From NCBI GenBank assembly GCA_036561845.1, contig DATCUS010000223.1, positions 7,965 to 71,964 of the forward strand: a stretch of DNA of 64,000 nucleotides, written 5' to 3'. The position numbers and the translations under genes are program-made. The stretch comes from Tardiphaga sp. Lineage in GTDB: Bacteria > Pseudomonadota > Alphaproteobacteria > Rhizobiales > Xanthobacteraceae. Of this stretch, positions 39,093 to 48,485 are shown piece by piece (the first letter of the stretch is position 1; every line of letters starts with the position of its first letter). The notes under the pieces were generated by a model. That model was not told the origin of the DNA and made no database searches. It saw nothing but the letters and a program-made list of their open reading frames with translations.

Positions 39093-42000
39093 TTACTTAT
39101 GCCCCACCGCCGGCGGCGTGATGTCGCCGTTCTCGCCGTCGCCGGTGGAGATCAGGAGCTTCTTGCCCCAGCGCCACGACAGCTGGCCGACGTCGTCCAT
39201 CATCATGAACATCGCCGGCACGAACAGCAGCGAGAGCGCCGTCGAGAAGATCAGACCGCCGATGATGGCCAGCGCCATCGGCGAGCGGAATTCGCCGCCG
39301 GCGCCGAATGCCAGTGCCGAAGGCATCATGCCGGCGGCCATGGCGATGGTGGTCATGACGATCGGCCGCGCCCGCTTCATGCCGGCGTCGATCATCGCCA
39401 CCTCGCGGCTCTTGCCGTTACGGATCGCCTCGATGGCGAACTCCACCAGCATGATGGCGTTCTTGGTGACGATGCCCATCAGCATCAGGATGCCGATCCA
39501 CACCGGGGTGGTCAGCTGCTTGCCGGTCAACAGCAGCGCCATGATGGCGCCGCCGATGGACAGCGGCAGCGAGAACAGGATGGTGATCGGCTGCAGGAAG
39601 GTGCCGAACAACAGCACCAGCACGGCATAGACCATCATCAGCCCGGCGGAGATCGCGGTGGCGAATCCGTCGGACAGTTCATTGAGGCTCTCGGCGTCGC
39701 CGGACTGCTTGACGCTGACATTCTTCGGCAGGCTCTTCATGACAGGCAGGTCGTAGATCTTCTTCATCGCGTCGCCGAGCGCGGCGGTGCCGACCAGGTC
39801 CGCGGCCACTGTGGCCTGACGCTCGCGGTCGTAGCGGTTGATGCTGGTCGGCCCCTGGTCGAGCTTGATGTCGGCCACCACAGACAGCGGCACGCCGCCG
39901 CGGCCGCCGCCGAGCGGCACGCGCAACTGCTCGAGCACCGCGAGGTCGGCGCGAGCCGAGTCCTCGAGCTGGACACGGATCGGCACCAGCCGGTCGCCGG
40001 CGTCGAACTTGGCCAGCGCCGGGCCGACGTCGCCGATGGTGGCGACGCGGATGGTTTCCGACAGGCCCTCGGTGGAGACGCCGAGCCGTGCGGCGAGATC
40101 GGCGCGCGGCTGGATCCGCAGTTCCGGCCGGTCCAGCGAGGTCTCCGAGATCACATTGGCGATCAGCGGAATCCGCTTCATCTGCGTCGCCAGCTCGTTG
40201 GCGACGTTGCCGACGATGTTGCTGTCGGTGCCAGTCACCACCAGCGAGATGGCGCGCAAGCCGTTCTCGTCGAGGAACCAGTAGCGGATGTCCGGGACGT
40301 TCTCGAGCTCCTTGCCGATGTCGAGCTCGAGCTGGCGCTGGGTGTGGGCGCTGTCGCGCGCGCTCTTCGGCGTGTAGTTGATGATCAGCGCCGCGCGCCG
40401 CACCTCCTGGAGGCCCGGCGGCACGCGGCCGCCGTCGACGAACACGCTCACGACCTCGGGCCGCTTGCGCAAGCGGGCGGTGATCTCCTCGGTGACCTTT
40501 TCGGTGAAGGCGAGCTGCGAGCCCGGCGGCAGCTCCATCGCCAGCAGCGAGCGCGCGGTGTCCTGCGCCGGCAGGAAGCCCTGCGGCAGCAGCTGGATGC
40601 TCCAGATCGACAGCGCGAAGATGCCGAGTCCTGCCAGCACGGTCATGTAATAGTGCTTGACCGACCATGTGACGAGCCTGGTGTAGGTCTGCAGCACGCG
40701 GCCGGGCGGCGGATCGTCGTGCGGATGATCCTTGAGGAAATAGGCGGCCAGCACCGGCGTGACGAACCGCGCCGCCAGCAGCGAGAAGAACACCTGCACC
40801 GACACGGTGATGCCGAACTGCTTGAAGAACTGTCCGGCGATGCCCGACATGAAGCTGGCGGGCGCGAAGATCGCGATGATGGTGAGCGAGATGGCGATCA
40901 CCGCAAGGCCGATCTCGTCGGCGGCCTCGAGGGCCGCGCGATAGGGCGACTTGCCCATGCGCATATGGCGCACGATGTTCTCGATCTCGACGATGGCGTC
41001 GTCGACCAGGATGCCGGTCGACAGCGTGATGGCGAGGAAGCTCACGAGGTTCAGCGAGAAGCCGAGCAGGTCCATCGCCCAGAACGCCGGGAAGATCGAC
41101 AGCGGCAGCGAGATCGCGGCGATCACCGTGGCGCGGAAGTCGCGCAGGAACACGAACACCACGATGACCGCCAGGATCGCGCCCTCGAACAGAGTGGAGA
41201 TCGCGGCCTCGTAGTTGCCCTTGGTGAAATCCACCGAGGTGTCGATCAGCTTGAGATCGACGTCGGGATAGGCGGCCTTCAGCGCCTCGATGCGCTTCTG
41301 CACGGCGGCGGCGACCACCACGTCGGAGGCGCCCTTGGAGCGCTTGATGCCCAGCGCCACCACCGGCTCGCCGTTGAAGCGCGCGAAGGTGCGACGGTCG
41401 GCGACGGTATCGGTGACGGTGCCGAGGTCGTCGAGCCGCACTTCGCCACCGGCGGGCAGGCTGATCATGGTGCCGGCGAGTTCGTTCAGCGTCTTGGCGC
41501 CGGCCAGCGTGCGGATCGCCTGGTCGTTCTTGCCGATTTCGGCGCGGCCGCCGGCGAGGTCGACATTGGTGCCGCGCAGCCGCCGCGAGACATCCACTGC
41601 AGTGAGGCCGGCCGCCTGCAGGCGATCGGTGTCCAGCGACACCAGGATTTCGCGCTCGACGCCGCCGATGCGTTCGACCTGTGCGACGTTACGCACGCCC
41701 TGCAGCGCGCGCTTGACGACGTCGTCGACGAACCACGACAGCTGTTCCGGCGTCTTGCCGGGCGAGATCGCCGCATAGGTGACGATCGGCAGGCCGATCA
41801 CGTCGACGCGCTGGATCAGCGGCTCGTTGACGTTCTGCGGCAGGTTGGCGCGGACGCGGGTGATGGCGTCCTTGACGTCGTTCAGCGCACGATCGGTGTT
41901 GGTCTCCAGCGCGAACTGGATCGTGGTCAGCGACAGGCCGTCGGTGATCGAGGACGAGATGTGCCTGACGCCCTCGACGCCGGAGACGCCGTCCTCGATG

Positions 42001-42203
42001 GTCTTGGTGACCTGGGCCTCGAGCTCCGCCGGTGCCGCGCCGAACTGCGACACCGCGACCGAGATCACCGGGATGTCGGCGTTGGGCAGCCGCGTCACCG
42101 CCAGCTTGGTGAAGCTGATCCAGCCGAGCGCCAGCAGGATGATCGAGAACACGATCGACGGCAGCGGATGGCGGATCGACCAGGCGGAGATATTCAGGGA
42201 CAT
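39093..42203 (-). CDS. RND efflux permease (AcrB/AcrD/AcrF family)
   Basis: 1036 aa with 12-TM pattern. Proton-relay residues GILVDDAIV, IVTKNAI and RARPIVMTT are intact. Confidence 0.95.
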   Translation of the reverse strand: MSLNISAWSIRHPLPSIVFSIILLALGWISFTKLAVTRLPNADIPVISVAVSQFGAAPAELEAQVTKTIEDGVSGVEGVRHISSSITDGLSLTTIQFALETNTDRALNDVKDAITRVRANLPQNVNEPLIQRVDVIGLPIVTYAAISPGKTPEQLSWFVDDVVKRALQGVRNVAQVERIGGVEREILVSLDTDRLQAAGLTAVDVSRRLRGTNVDLAGGRAEIGKNDQAIRTLAGAKTLNELAGTMISLPAGGEVRLDDLGTVTDTVADRRTFARFNGEPVVALGIKRSKGASDVVVAAAVQKRIEALKAAYPDVDLKLIDTSVDFTKGNYEAAISTLFEGAILAVIVVFVFLRDFRATVIAAISLPLSIFPAFWAMDLLGFSLNLVSFLAITLSTGILVDDAIVEIENIVRHMRMGKSPYRAALEAADEIGLAVIAISLTIIAIFAPASFMSGIAGQFFKQFGITVSVQVFFSLLAARFVTPVLAAYFLKDHPHDDPPPGRVLQTYTRLVTWSVKHYYMTVLAGLGIFALSIWSIQLLPQGFLPAQDTARSLLAMELPPGSQLAFTEKVTEEITARLRKRPEVVSVFVDGGRVPPGLQEVRRAALIINYTPKSARDSAHTQRQLELDIGKELENVPDIRYWFLDENGLRAISLVVTGTDSNIVGNVANELATQMKRIPLIANVISETSLDRPELRIQPRADLAARLGVSTEGLSETIRVATIGDVGPALAKFDAGDRLVPIRVQLEDSARADLAVLEQLRVPLGGGRGGVPLSVVADIKLDQGPTSINRYDRERQATVAADLVGTAALGDAMKKIYDLPVMKSLPKNVSVKQSGDAESLNELSDGFATAISAGLMMVYAVLVLLFGTFLQPITILFSLPLSIGGAIMALLLTGKQLTTPVWIGILMLMGIVTKNAIMLVEFAIEAIRNGKSREVAMIDAGMKRARPIVMTTIAMAAGMMPSALAFGAGGEFRSPMALAIIGGLIFSTALSLLFVPAMFMMMDDVGQLSWRWGKKLLISTGDGENGDITPPAVGHK

Positions 42204-43105
42204 TACCGTACTCTCGATCGATCCAGGTCTTCGGCGAACATGGTCTTGATCTGGTCGCCGTCATGCAGCGAGGAGCCGGCGTCGGCGACCACGACTTCGC
42301 CGGCCTCGACGCCTTCGAGGATCTCGGTGGAGGTGTCCGAGGCCAGCCCGACCTTGACCCTGCGGGTTTCCACGGTGCTGCCCTTGACCACCTGCACCGT
42401 CAGATGATCGACCGCTGAACGCGGCACCGCGACGCCGCAGCTGCGCTTGGCGTCGATATTGGCGCGGGCGAACATGCCGATTCTGAGCGCGGGATTGGGC
42501 GCCAGCGACAGCCGGACGTGGCCGAGCTGGGTGACGCGGTCGATCTGCGGCGACACCAGCCGCACCTTGCCGAACAGATCGGGCTGGTCGTCGCGGCTGA
42601 TCCGCGCGGTGGCGCCCGGATTGAGCTTGAGGATGTGGATGCTGGGCACTTCGGCGTCCAGCTCGATCTCGTTGTTGATGGCGATGCGGAACATCGGCCC
42701 GGCCTGCGGCGATGCCGGCGCACCGACGGCGGTGGCGACCTGGGTGACCAGGCCGGCAGCCGGCGTGCGCAGAATGATGGGCGCGCGGGAACCGCCCGGC
42801 AGCGGCGGCGGCGTCAGCCGCGCCAGTTCCTGGTTCTCGGTGACGAGGTCGCCCTCGCGGACCATCACGTCGGTGACTTTCGCGCCTTCGGTCTCGACCC
42901 CGATCAGCGCTTCGCGCCGCGGTACGATGAAGCCGGTGACTCGCACCATGTCGGAAAAGCAGGCATTGGTGGCCTTGGCGACGATAACCATGGCGCCGCC
43001 CGGCGCGGCGGGGCCATCAGCGCTGAGCGCGGTCAAGGGCGCGGTCATCACGGCAGCCGCAACCGCCCATGTCGCGAGATGTCTGTGACGGGCAAGGACC
43101 TTCAT
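42203..43105 (-). CDS. Second RND periplasmic adaptor (MFP) lacking the alpha-helical hairpin
   Basis: VREGDLVTENQELARL-TPPPLPGGSRAP-IILRTPAAGLV. Adjoins the RND start codon. Confidence 0.85.
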   Translation of the reverse strand: MKVLARHRHLATWAVAAAVMTAPLTALSADGPAAPGGAMVIVAKATNACFSDMVRVTGFIVPRREALIGVETEGAKVTDVMVREGDLVTENQELARLTPPPLPGGSRAPIILRTPAAGLVTQVATAVGAPASPQAGPMFRIAINNEIELDAEVPSIHILKLNPGATARISRDDQPDLFGKVRLVSPQIDRVTQLGHVRLSLAPNPALRIGMFARANIDAKRSCGVAVPRSAVDHLTVQVVKGSTVETRRVKVGLASDTSTEILEGVEAGEVVVADAGSSLHDGDQIKTMFAEDLDRSRVR

Positions 43106-43271
43106 TGCGGGAACATTCCACCGTCTGTTCGGCCGCAACAATGAAAGACGCGGCGGCAGGTTGGGGCAATCTACACAGGACGGCGTCAATCACAACCAAC
43201 AGCGCACCGTCGAGAGCGGGACGCTCTCATCGGGCGACGATCGCTCCGGATCGCGCGCGGATCAGCGGAGG

Positions 43272-43925
43272 CTACTTGGCCGCGGTGGTCTTGTCGGCCA
43301 TGTTGACCACCTGGACGCGGCGGTTGGCCGGATCCAGCGGATGGGCAGGATCCTTTGGCTTGCTTTTGCCATAGCCGACCGTCACCAGGTCGGTGCCGGC
43401 AATGCCGTATTTCTCCACCAAAGCGCGCTTGATCGCATCGGCGCGGCGTTCGGAGAGATCCTGGTTGTAGGCCTCGCTGCCGACCGCGTCGGTATGGCCG
43501 GCCACGATGAAGGTCGAGCCCTTCAATTCGTCACTGGACAGCGCCTTGCCAAGCGCCTGCACCGCGGGCTGCGCCCTGGCGCTGATATTGGCCGAATTGT
43601 AATCGAAGGTAATTTCCAGATCGATGTTCGGCCTGGTCTGGGCCAGCGCGGCGATCTGCTCACGCTCGCCGGACGACAGCGAGCGGGTGTTGCGGTTGCG
43701 CAGGGTGTCGACGAACTTGCCTTCGGTGGCATTGACCGCCGGCTCAACCGGCGGCGTCATCGACAGGCCGCGGGTAAGCGGCTTCTTCGGCGCCAGCGCG
43801 CGCAGGATCTGGTCCGACGTCACGTCGTCGGCGGCGACGGCAAGCCCGGCGGTCAGCGACAATGCGGCGCCGACCAGGGCGATGGCGGACAATGCTTTCA
43901 GTCTGCGGTTTGCGGATCTGTTCAT
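43272..43925 (-). CDS. OmpA-family peptidoglycan-binding protein (no beta-barrel)
   Basis: Signal peptide, ITFDYNSA, GHTDAVGSEAYNQDLSERRA and NRRVQV. Confidence 0.9.
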   Translation of the reverse strand: MNRSANRRLKALSAIALVGAALSLTAGLAVAADDVTSDQILRALAPKKPLTRGLSMTPPVEPAVNATEGKFVDTLRNRNTRSLSSGEREQIAALAQTRPNIDLEITFDYNSANISARAQPAVQALGKALSSDELKGSTFIVAGHTDAVGSEAYNQDLSERRADAIKRALVEKYGIAGTDLVTVGYGKSKPKDPAHPLDPANRRVQVVNMADKTTAAK

Positions 43926-44140
43926 GGCTGAACCCCTGCTGCGCCTCCGCGCGCTCGGTGAATTTCCCGCCGGGCCCGCGCAAGCTGCCAACGCGGCGCT
44001 GCGGAATGTGGTGCTGGACCTCGGCTTGCCTTCGGTAGTCAGCGGCACGCCGCAACGGGTTCAAATCAATCGCGTCAAATCACTATCGAAAGATCCTGCC
44101 GTACGCAGCGCTCGCGCACGCCGTGCTCCCGCACGCTGTG

Positions 44141-45646
44141 CTAGTGCACGCCATAACTGGCGAATTCCTTGACAATATTCGGATCCATCGCCTTGGCGTT
44201 GGTAATATCGAGTTCACCCTCGGCGGTGGCGCCGGTGCGCTGCTTGGCGAGGCCGCGGCCGAACAGCGACGAGGTCAGCCGCGGATTGATCTTCAGCGCG
44301 GCGTCGAAATCAGCGATGGCGTTCTTGGAGGCGCCGTTCTTCAGGTTGACCAGGCCGCGGCTGTCCAGCGCATCGACGAAATTCGGCCGTAGTCGCAGCG
44401 CCTCGTTGCAGTCCTTCAGCGCGGCCGCCAGTTCGCCGATCACGGTGCGCGCCCAGCAGCGGTTGTTGAAGGCTTCCACATCCTTGGGGTTGAGCCGGAT
44501 CGCCGCGTCGAAATCCTTGATCGCCAGCGTGTAGGCGCCCTTGCTGGCATAGACCTGGCCGCGCCGGTACAGCGCACCGGCATCCTCGGGATTCTCGGCG
44601 AGCTTGCCGTTGAGCGTCTTCATCGTCGGATCGTCGGCCAGCGCCAGCGCGATCTTGGCCTCGTCACGGACCGGCTCGGCCGGCGCTGCGGCTACGGGCG
44701 CAGCTGCGGACGGGGCCGGCGTCGCAACATCGACAGGCGCGACGGGTGCGACCGGCGCCGGTGCGACGGGAGTCGGTGGCGGCGATGTGACCGCTGCGGC
44801 GGGTGCAACGGACTCCTTGACCGGCGGCGGCACAATGTCGTCGCGCGATTTGGCGACCGCCACCGGGGTGGTGTTCTGCGCGGCCTGGCCGGGGATGAAG
44901 GAGAAATCCTCCGCCAGCGACGACGAGATCCAGGGCACCTGCTCGCTGCGCGAGGCGCGGGTGACGCCGACGCGGGTGCGGTTCAGGGTTTCCTCGGCCA
45001 TCAGGTCGGGAACGCGGATTTCCTTGAGCAACTCGCTGACGAACAGGCTGTGGTCGGTGCCGTTGTCGCTGACCACCGAACTGAGCGCAGCCGAATACAT
45101 CACCAGAGTTCCGCTCGGGGCGATCACCGGAGCGAGGCCGGCGGAAAAGCTACGGAACCGGCGCTCGAACGGATTGCGGCGAGATGCATCGAGCAGCGCA
45201 ACCTTGACGCCGGCACCGCGGCTGTTGATTTCACCCAGCACGGTCTCGAGGCTGAAGCCGTCGCGCCGCACGTCGGGTTCCGTCCAGATCTGGGCGTCCA
45301 CCGGGATCATGTAGCTCTGGCGGGCCGACTGCACGCCGTAGCCGCTGAAGAAGATCAGCGCGACCGATCCCGGCTTGATCTTACCATACATCTTGTCGAG
45401 CGCACGACGCATGGCCTCGCCGGTCAGGTTCTCGCCGATCTCCACATCGAAGCCGTCGCGCTTGAGTTCGTCGGCAAGTTCGCGGGCGTCGTTGATCGGT
45501 TCCTTGAGCGGCGCTTCGGCGTCGGGATATTTGGCGTTGCCGATCACCAGTGCGACACGTCCGGCGCGGTTGTCGGCGGCCACAGACTCGGTGGCCGGCG
45601 CGACAGACAAGGTGAGAAAGGCAAGTAACGCGAAGCGAATTTTCAT
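44141..45646 (-). CDS. Exported caspase-family protein (inactive Tyr/Ser dyad) with Pro/Ala linker and TPR repeats
   Basis: Signal peptide, RVALVIGNAKY, FFSGYG, LDASRRNPF, a PAPVAP linker and four TPR-like repeats. Confidence 0.9.
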   Translation of the reverse strand: MKIRFALLAFLTLSVAPATESVAADNRAGRVALVIGNAKYPDAEAPLKEPINDARELADELKRDGFDVEIGENLTGEAMRRALDKMYGKIKPGSVALIFFSGYGVQSARQSYMIPVDAQIWTEPDVRRDGFSLETVLGEINSRGAGVKVALLDASRRNPFERRFRSFSAGLAPVIAPSGTLVMYSAALSSVVSDNGTDHSLFVSELLKEIRVPDLMAEETLNRTRVGVTRASRSEQVPWISSSLAEDFSFIPGQAAQNTTPVAVAKSRDDIVPPPVKESVAPAAAVTSPPPTPVAPAPVAPVAPVDVATPAPSAAAPVAAAPAEPVRDEAKIALALADDPTMKTLNGKLAENPEDAGALYRRGQVYASKGAYTLAIKDFDAAIRLNPKDVEAFNNRCWARTVIGELAAALKDCNEALRLRPNFVDALDSRGLVNLKNGASKNAIADFDAALKINPRLTSSLFGRGLAKQRTGATAEGELDITNAKAMDPNIVKEFASYGVH

Positions 45647-45877
45647 CAGAAGCCGGTCCAAGCGAAAAGGCGCCGATCCCAGCTTGCGCCACGGCGACCT
45701 TACTCCAGGCTATTCGCATTATCAAACCGGTGCCGCCGGGGCGTCAATTGCCCGCAGACCTGCGACGAGTGCGACCAACGAACGCATCCTCACAACGCGA
45801 TGCCGAACATCAATACCTGACGACCACACTGTCGAGGCGGCGAGTTGTGCACGGCGAGCATGCGCAGACGCCGTCAT

Positions 45878-46354
45878 TTAGTACGCCTCGGTCTGCTGCA
45901 CCGCCTCGCGGCCCTGCACAAGGTCGAGGCTGCACTCGATCTTGCCGAGCAGCGCCGCAAAATCCTTGCGCTCCTGCGCCGTAAGGCACGACAGGATGTC
46001 GCGCTCCTTGCGCAACAGCCGCGGGATCAGTTCTTCGTACAGCGCGCGTCCGCGGATTGTGAGGCGCAGCCTGAATTCGCGGCGGTCGTCGGCATTGGCG
46101 ACCCGCTCGATCAATGCACGGTCCATCAAGGTGGTCACCGCGCGGCTGATGGTGGATTTGTGAGTACGCGTGCATTGCGCGATATATTGCGCGCTGCACG
46201 CCTCGTCGCGAAAGCCGAGCGTCGCCAGCACCCGCCATTCCGGAATGTCGAGCCCGTAGCGCGCGCGGTATTCCCCGGACAATGCCGCGCTGACCTCGGC
46301 GGCCAGCCGGTTAAGCCTGAAAGGCACGAACTTGAACAGGTCGAGTTTCGCCAC
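45878..46354 (-). CDS. MarR family transcriptional regulator
   Basis: EWRVLATL, THKSTISRAV and DRREFRLRLT. GTG start. Confidence 0.9.
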   Translation of the reverse strand: MAKLDLFKFVPFRLNRLAAEVSAALSGEYRARYGLDIPEWRVLATLGFRDEACSAQYIAQCTRTHKSTISRAVTTLMDRALIERVANADDRREFRLRLTIRGRALYEELIPRLLRKERDILSCLTAQERKDFAALLGKIECSLDLVQGREAVQQTEAY

Positions 46355-46399
46355 GTGGCCCCGCCAATTTCCATTGACGCCGGCATCGGCCCGGCGTTT

Positions 46400-46423
46400 A
46401 GATGGTTGCAAATGAGACTATCT
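46400..46423. promoter_or_regulatory. Putative MarR operator
   Basis: Imperfect 24-bp palindrome AGATGGTTGCAAATGAGACTATCT between the divergent marR and monooxygenase genes. Confidence 0.55.
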
Positions 46424-46486
46424 TAAGGGGAGTGCGATCCGTTGGCCAGACCAGCGTCGATCATTGAAGCGGCCGGAGGCTGAGCC

Positions 46487-48091
46487 ATGGCGCAGCATGT
46501 CCGCGAATTTGCCTATCGCCGCCATCCCGATCAGGACCGCCGCGATGCCGCGCATCATCCGGTGGTCATCGTCGGCGCCGGTCCCGTCGGCCTGTCGCTG
46601 GCCATCGATCTGGCGCAACGCGGCCAGCGCGTGGTGCTGCTCGACGATGCCGACCGCATCGGCGACGGCTCGCGCGCCATCTGCTTTTCCAAGCGCTCGC
46701 TGGAAGTCTGGGACCGGCTCGGCGTCGCCGCGCCCATGGTCGCCAAGGGCGTGCAGTGGAATGTCGGCAAGATCTTCCGCGGCGAGGAGATCCTGTACCG
46801 CTTCGACCTGTTGCCGGAGCCGGGCCACAAGATGCCGGCCTTCATCAACCTGCAGCAATATTATGCCGAGAGCTTTCTGGTCGACCGGGTCCAGCAATTG
46901 CCTGAGATCGACCTGCGCTGGCGCAACAAGGTCAGCGGGCTCAGGCAGCACAACGATCACGCCGAACTCGCGGTGGAGACGCCGGATGGGCCCTATACGC
47001 TGCGCGCTGACTACGTGGTGGCTTGCGACGGCGCGCGCTCCGGGATGCGCGGGCTGGTCGGCGCGGAATTCACCGGCGAGACCTTCGAAGACCAGTTCCT
47101 GATCGCCGATGTGAAGATGACCGCGGCATTCCCCACCGAACGCTGGTTCTGGTTCGACCCGCCGTTCCATTCGGGCCAGTCTGCGCTGCTGCATCGCCAG
47201 CCCGACGACGTCTGGCGCATCGACCTGCAGCTTGGCCCGGACGCCGATCCCGCCGTCGAGCGGCTGCCGGAGAACGTCCGGCCGCGCATCGCGCGCATGC
47301 TCGGCCATGACGATTTCAGCTTCGAATGGATCTCGATCTACAAGTTCCAGTGTCGCCGCATGCAGCGTTTCGTGCATGAGCGGGTGATCTTCGCCGGCGA
47401 TGCCGCGCATCAGGTGTCGCCATTCGGCGCCCGCGGCGCCAATTCGGGGTTGGAGGATGGCGAGAATCTGGCGTGGAAACTGGCGATGATCCTTCGTGGC
47501 GAGGCGCCGGCGGGGTTGCTCGCCAGTTACGAGACCGAGCGCGGTCTTGCCGCCGACGACAACATCCGCGCCTCTACCCGCTCCACCGATTTCATCGCCC
47601 CGCATTCAAAGCAGGAGCAGCGGTTGCGCCAGGCGGTGCTGGCGCTGGCCGGGGAGGCCGATTTCGCCAGGCGCATGGTCAACGGTGGAAGGCTGTCGGT
47701 GCCGTCGGTCTATGACACGGTGCTGTCGACCGATGATGCCGAGGAATGGCGCGCGGGGCCGCAGCCGGGTGCGCATATGCCGGATGCACCGTTAGCGACC
47801 GATGACGGTGCGCATGTGTTTCTCTCGGAATGTTTCGCCCGGGCCGGTCGTGGCTTCACTGTACTGCAGTCGGATAGTGTTGCGATCGAACTGCCCGAGG
47901 GCGTGGCGCGCCTCGTGGTCGGAAACGATGCGCAACTGCGCGATCAGGCCGGACTGTTCGGGACGCGATACGGGATTGACCCTGGCGCAGCGTATCTGCT
48001 GCGCCCCGACGGCTATGTCGCCGCGCGTTTCCATCGTCCAACGCCGGGCGCAATCGCTGCCGCCGTGGCGCGCGCCAGCGGGAGAATGTGA
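46487..48091 (+). CDS. FAD-dependent aromatic monooxygenase (MhpA-like)
   Basis: GAGPVG, VVACDGARS and GDAAHQVSPFGARGANSG. Confidence 0.9.
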   Translation: MAQHVREFAYRRHPDQDRRDAAHHPVVIVGAGPVGLSLAIDLAQRGQRVVLLDDADRIGDGSRAICFSKRSLEVWDRLGVAAPMVAKGVQWNVGKIFRGEEILYRFDLLPEPGHKMPAFINLQQYYAESFLVDRVQQLPEIDLRWRNKVSGLRQHNDHAELAVETPDGPYTLRADYVVACDGARSGMRGLVGAEFTGETFEDQFLIADVKMTAAFPTERWFWFDPPFHSGQSALLHRQPDDVWRIDLQLGPDADPAVERLPENVRPRIARMLGHDDFSFEWISIYKFQCRRMQRFVHERVIFAGDAAHQVSPFGARGANSGLEDGENLAWKLAMILRGEAPAGLLASYETERGLAADDNIRASTRSTDFIAPHSKQEQRLRQAVLALAGEADFARRMVNGGRLSVPSVYDTVLSTDDAEEWRAGPQPGAHMPDAPLATDDGAHVFLSECFARAGRGFTVLQSDSVAIELPEGVARLVVGNDAQLRDQAGLFGTRYGIDPGAAYLLRPDGYVAARFHRPTPGAIAAAVARASGRM

Positions 48092-48095
48092 GGCG

Positions 48096-48374
48096 ATGGT
48101 GCAACTGTCCACGCAATCGAATTTCGCCGATCCCGACGCTGCCTACCGGCTGATCGTCGAGGCGCATCGCGGGCTCGCCGACGAACAGAGCGCGGCGCTG
48201 GATGCCGCGCTGGTGCTGGTGCTCGCCAACCATATCGGTGATCTCGACGTGCTGCGCGAGGCCATCGCGCTGGCGAAGCGAAGGTTGCCGGAGATTCGCG
48301 AGCCGCAAAATCGTCATTCCGGGGCGCACGCAGCGGAAGCCGCGGGCGAACCTCAGTCACTCCAATTGGAGTGA
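48096..48374 (+). CDS. DUF2783 protein with a repeat-derived C-terminal tail
   Basis: NFADPDAAY…AHRGL…LVLVLANHIGD. The last ~20 codons lie in the repeat starting at 48313. Confidence 0.85.
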   Translation: MVQLSTQSNFADPDAAYRLIVEAHRGLADEQSAALDAALVLVLANHIGDLDVLREAIALAKRRLPEIREPQNRHSGAHAAEAAGEPQSLQLE

Positions 48375-48456
48375 CGGGGAATTCCAAGATGAGACGATGA
48401 ACATATCGAGGTTCCGGGTTCGCGTCAGGCTGACGCCGACCGCGCCCCGGAACGAC
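48313..48456. repeat. CGTC-type palindromic element
   Basis: Terminal inverted repeats GTCATTCCGGGGCGC / GCGCCCCGGAACGAC. Internal perfect palindrome GTCACTCCAATTGGAGTGAC. Confidence 0.85.
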
Positions 48457-48485
48457 AGAGTGAAATACGCAAAGGACTTGAACTG

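Noticed and set aside
39099-42407. 1102-aa ORF antisense to the RND gene, and similar long antisense ORFs at 5747-7534, 9049-10857 and 55091-57574
   Set aside because: These are shadow frames produced by high GC3 codon bias. They have no recognisable motifs and fully overlap well-supported genes.
44680-44880. Pro/Ala/Val-rich repetitive stretch
   Set aside because: An ordinary flexible linker between the caspase and TPR domains, with no exact DNA repeat unit.
35753-45646. Anti-phage or programmed-cell-death caspase system
   Set aside because: Both caspase domains lack the catalytic dyad and appear exported. No NLR/STAND, gasdermin, CHAT or TIR partner genes are present.
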